DNA of 64,000 nt from Andalucia godoyi And28 (taxonomy: Eukaryota > Protista > Jakobida), in the NCBI GenBank assembly GCA_009859145.1, contig VRVR01000055.1, forward strand, positions 17,534 to 81,533. The letters run 5' to 3'. Shown piece after piece: positions 61,427 to 64,000 of this stretch; the stretch's first letter is position 1, and the number at the start of each line of letters is the position of its first letter. The notes under the pieces are model-generated. The model had not been told where the DNA came from and ran no database searches. It saw only the letters and a program-made list of their open reading frames with translations. The translations under genes were made by a program, and so were the position numbers.

Positions 61427-64000
61427 TTACCGAGTTCCCTGAGAAGGAAGCAATGCCTCGGATAATTCCCGATCCCCGATGCGCAATTCCTGTTCGTTCT
61501 CTCCTACGCGATTGCCAACATCCACACTCGAAACAAATGGCGTTTTTCGACTTCGATTAACCAAGTGTCGGAACTTGAAACTCGACAAAACCACAATAGA
61601 AACGACTACAAAGCCGATATTGATGACAAACAGCAGAATCCCCACGATGTCCGCGTCGTTTGTTCCGATGACCTGCGACTTGACTGCAATAACATAGTTC
61701 AGACCCAAAATCACAACCTCGAGCATCTCAAGAATGTTCTCAGACGTTTCATGGAACAGAAGGAACAGGCCTTGTAAAACAAGAGTCACACCGAGAACAG
61801 TCATCGCCAACAATGGTCGAACAGCTGATCGCTCAGAAAATGTGGCAAACGCAGCCGCGAATACCACACGTCGTATTGTACTCACTAGCTCCCAGAAATA
61901 CGCCCGAGGATGGTATGAATCAAATAATAAAGCTAAGACGAAGCTGCGTCGCGTTTGACGGCCTTTCTTCAGTACTCCGCTCCGAATCACAATCCAAGTA
62001 AGAACCACCGGTAAACCTACAACGTAAACAACGAGGAGCCCGGCCGAAACACCTGTAAGGACTGACGAACATTTGTGATACGGCAAGGACACCATATAAC
62101 TGTGTCCATCGCCAGGATCGTCTTCACAAGCCAGCGGCGTCAATATCGTCTTCGTGGCGCCCATATACGAGAACAGCAGGAAGAAGATGGCACTGCGCCG
62201 ACATCGATCCTTCCACTTTTTGTTCGTTGCTACCGCAAAACCACGAAACTGAATAACGAGATGTCCAACAATCCAGATGCAAAAGACAATGAACAAAGCG
62301 ATCCATGGGGTCAGGACAGACAGAGTGTAGGAACGCTCAAACGACCAATGAGACACGAAACACCCCGGTCCAACAAGAGAAATGGCAAATGTGGATTCAC
62401 CGGTCGATTCAACAAAGTTGAGAAATTTCGGCATCGGTACATGGATGTAAAATAGGCCTTGCAAAAACAACATCAATATCTTGATCATTCCTGAAGCGGC
62501 GGAACTGATGAACAAACTCCAGACAAAAAGAGCAGAAATCAGGAGGAAGATAGCAACACCGAATGCGACAAGAAGAAGCCCATTGGGGCATTCGAAGCAA
62601 GATTCGCCAACCAAGAAATAGGATTCTGCGCAAGCAGAACACAATCGACCAGAGTATCCGTCCGCACAGGGACCATGTTCAGCAGCGTCGCAGGGACTAA
62701 AGTCCGTTCCAGCATGCGAACAGATCTCCACTACTTTCGGATATGCTTGATTGTTCATCATTTGCATATACGTAACCGAGGGAGAGGCGTAGTATCCGCT
62801 TCGGGCTATGACGTTCCCACTTTCTCGGAATGCAACGGACATATTTCTGTACGGAATGTCCGCTTCACTTCCGAATGAACAGTCTGCATTCGACAAGCAT
62901 TGTGTGCAATTGGGTGGTTTGCCATAGAATCCAGGGCGACACACACAGTTCTCGTAATCGAAGAAGACGGGATCTGCCTGGAAAGCCAATCGACCCACCG
63001 TTGCCTGGACACACGACATAGTTGTGCTGTATGGATAGTTGGTCGCGGCGTCGTATTGAAATTGTTGCCCGTACGTATAAGAAAGCAGAGATTTCCGGGC
63101 GTTGGAGTTGTTGCGAATATCAAATAACGAGAGTAGCGGGAGTGAAAACAAAATGTCAAGGCCATCAGAAAGGTCGTTGGAAGATACATCGAGAGTGGAA
63201 AGACCCGTTAGGAACTGAAGAATGTTAAACAACGGAGAAGGAGGTAGTTCACAGATGTCAACCGACGACTGGACGGATGAAGGAGGAAACTGAGAAGGAA
63301 GATTCGCAGCTTCCAGCAACAAAGACGTCAAAGAATATACGGAGGACAATATGCAATATTGACAACTCCGATAGTCTATTACTCCTGGTATTCCAGTAAT
63401 CGTGTTACCTGACAGATCGAGAGTTTGTAGACTGATTGAAACATTCACGACCATCCCGGAAGATGAAAGGTAATTGCACACATACAACGGAAGCGCATCG
63501 TTGAATTGATTGTATGCAAGAGAGAGAGCGCGCAGCGATGTCGCAGAAACAAACACATTGATAGGAAACTTAGGACCAAGTAGATTATAGCTGAGATCAA
63601 GGGACAGCAATGATGAAAACTCGGTTATGATTCCGAAGGGAAATTGAGAAATACGATTTTTCGAAAGATCCAGTTGAATCAAAGAGGACAATGCACAGTT
63701 TGGGAAGGAAGTGAAATTGTTGTTTCCCAAGAAGGCAAAGGACAGTCCTTGTTGATTGCACAAGCAAGACGGAATAGCTCCTTCCAATGCATTTGCTTGT
63801 AAATTCAATGTAGTTAAACGCTCCCCGAGACACTCACATTTCAAAGAACTGGTAAGAAAATTCCCATTCAGCAATAGTCCTTGAAGCTGAGACAAACCAC
63901 CCAGCGACGTCGGAATCGATCCCGTCAACTGGTTAGAATGCAGGTGCAAGTGCTGAAGTTGCAACAAACCACCAAGCGACGGCGGAATCGATCCCATCAG
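61427..64000 (-). CDS. LRR / Cys-rich / multi-TM receptor-like protein, copy 3 (5' end outside window)
   Basis: Frame is open to the window edge. GSIP LRRs, stalk near-identical to copy 2 (FDYENCVCRPGFYGKPPNCT), divergent multi-TM region. Confidence 0.9.
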   Translation of the reverse strand: MMGSIPPSLGGLLQLQHLHLHSNQLTGSIPTSLGGLSQLQGLLLNGNFLTSSLKCECLGERLTTLNLQANALEGAIPSCLCNQQGLSFAFLGNNNFTSFPNCALSSLIQLDLSKNRISQFPFGIITEFSSLLSLDLSYNLLGPKFPINVFVSATSLRALSLAYNQFNDALPLYVCNYLSSSGMVVNVSISLQTLDLSGNTITGIPGVIDYRSCQYCILSSVYSLTSLLLEAANLPSQFPPSSVQSSVDICELPPSPLFNILQFLTGLSTLDVSSNDLSDGLDILFSLPLLSLFDIRNNSNARKSLLSYTYGQQFQYDAATNYPYSTTMSCVQATVGRLAFQADPVFFDYENCVCRPGFYGKPPNCTQCLSNADCSFGSEADIPYRNMSVAFRESGNVIARSGYYASPSVTYMQMMNNQAYPKVVEICSHAGTDFSPCDAAEHGPCADGYSGRLCSACAESYFLVGESCFECPNGLLLVAFGVAIFLLISALFVWSLFISSAASGMIKILMLFLQGLFYIHVPMPKFLNFVESTGESTFAISLVGPGCFVSHWSFERSYTLSVLTPWIALFIVFCIWIVGHLVIQFRGFAVATNKKWKDRCRRSAIFFLLFSYMGATKTILTPLACEDDPGDGHSYMVSLPYHKCSSVLTGVSAGLLVVYVVGLPVVLTWIVIRSGVLKKGRQTRRSFVLALLFDSYHPRAYFWELVSTIRRVVFAAAFATFSERSAVRPLLAMTVLGVTLVLQGLFLLFHETSENILEMLEVVILGLNYVIAVKSQVIGTNDADIVGILLFVINIGFVVVSIVVLSSFKFRHLVNRSRKTPFVSSVDVGNRVGENEQELRIGDRELSEALLPSQGTR

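Overview
This window comes from a compact, intron-poor microbial eukaryote using the standard genetic code. The evidence is reverse-topology ABCG half-transporters, plant-type LRRs, Cys-rich GCC2/3 repeats and an IRE1/RNase L-type kinase-RNase; I cannot name the organism from sequence alone. It is a rapidly turning-over conflict/immunity region built from a few families in repeated intact, chimeric or broken copies: 7 Crinkler/RHS-type (CR) coiled-coil + PD-(D/E)xK nuclease + kinase effector loci, 3 LRR/Cys-rich/multi-TM receptors, 2 ABCG transporters, 2 paralogous ~6-TM proteins, a secreted protein plus its pseudogene, and 2 Tc1/IS630-type transposases plus an HTH relic. The standout is a single-copy block at 14.0-24.2 kb. 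It holds an intact bacterial-type CD-NTase/OAS-like nucleotidyltransferase (14907-15890), a kinase-TPR protein and, head-to-head with that, a soluble kinase-KEN(HEPN) ribonuclease with an RNase L-like KFxRNxxxH motif. This is a candidate second-messenger (OAS-RNase L/CBASS-like) antiviral system in a protist. All family calls are from motifs read by eye; no searches were run. I found no rRNA, tRNA or CRISPR array.
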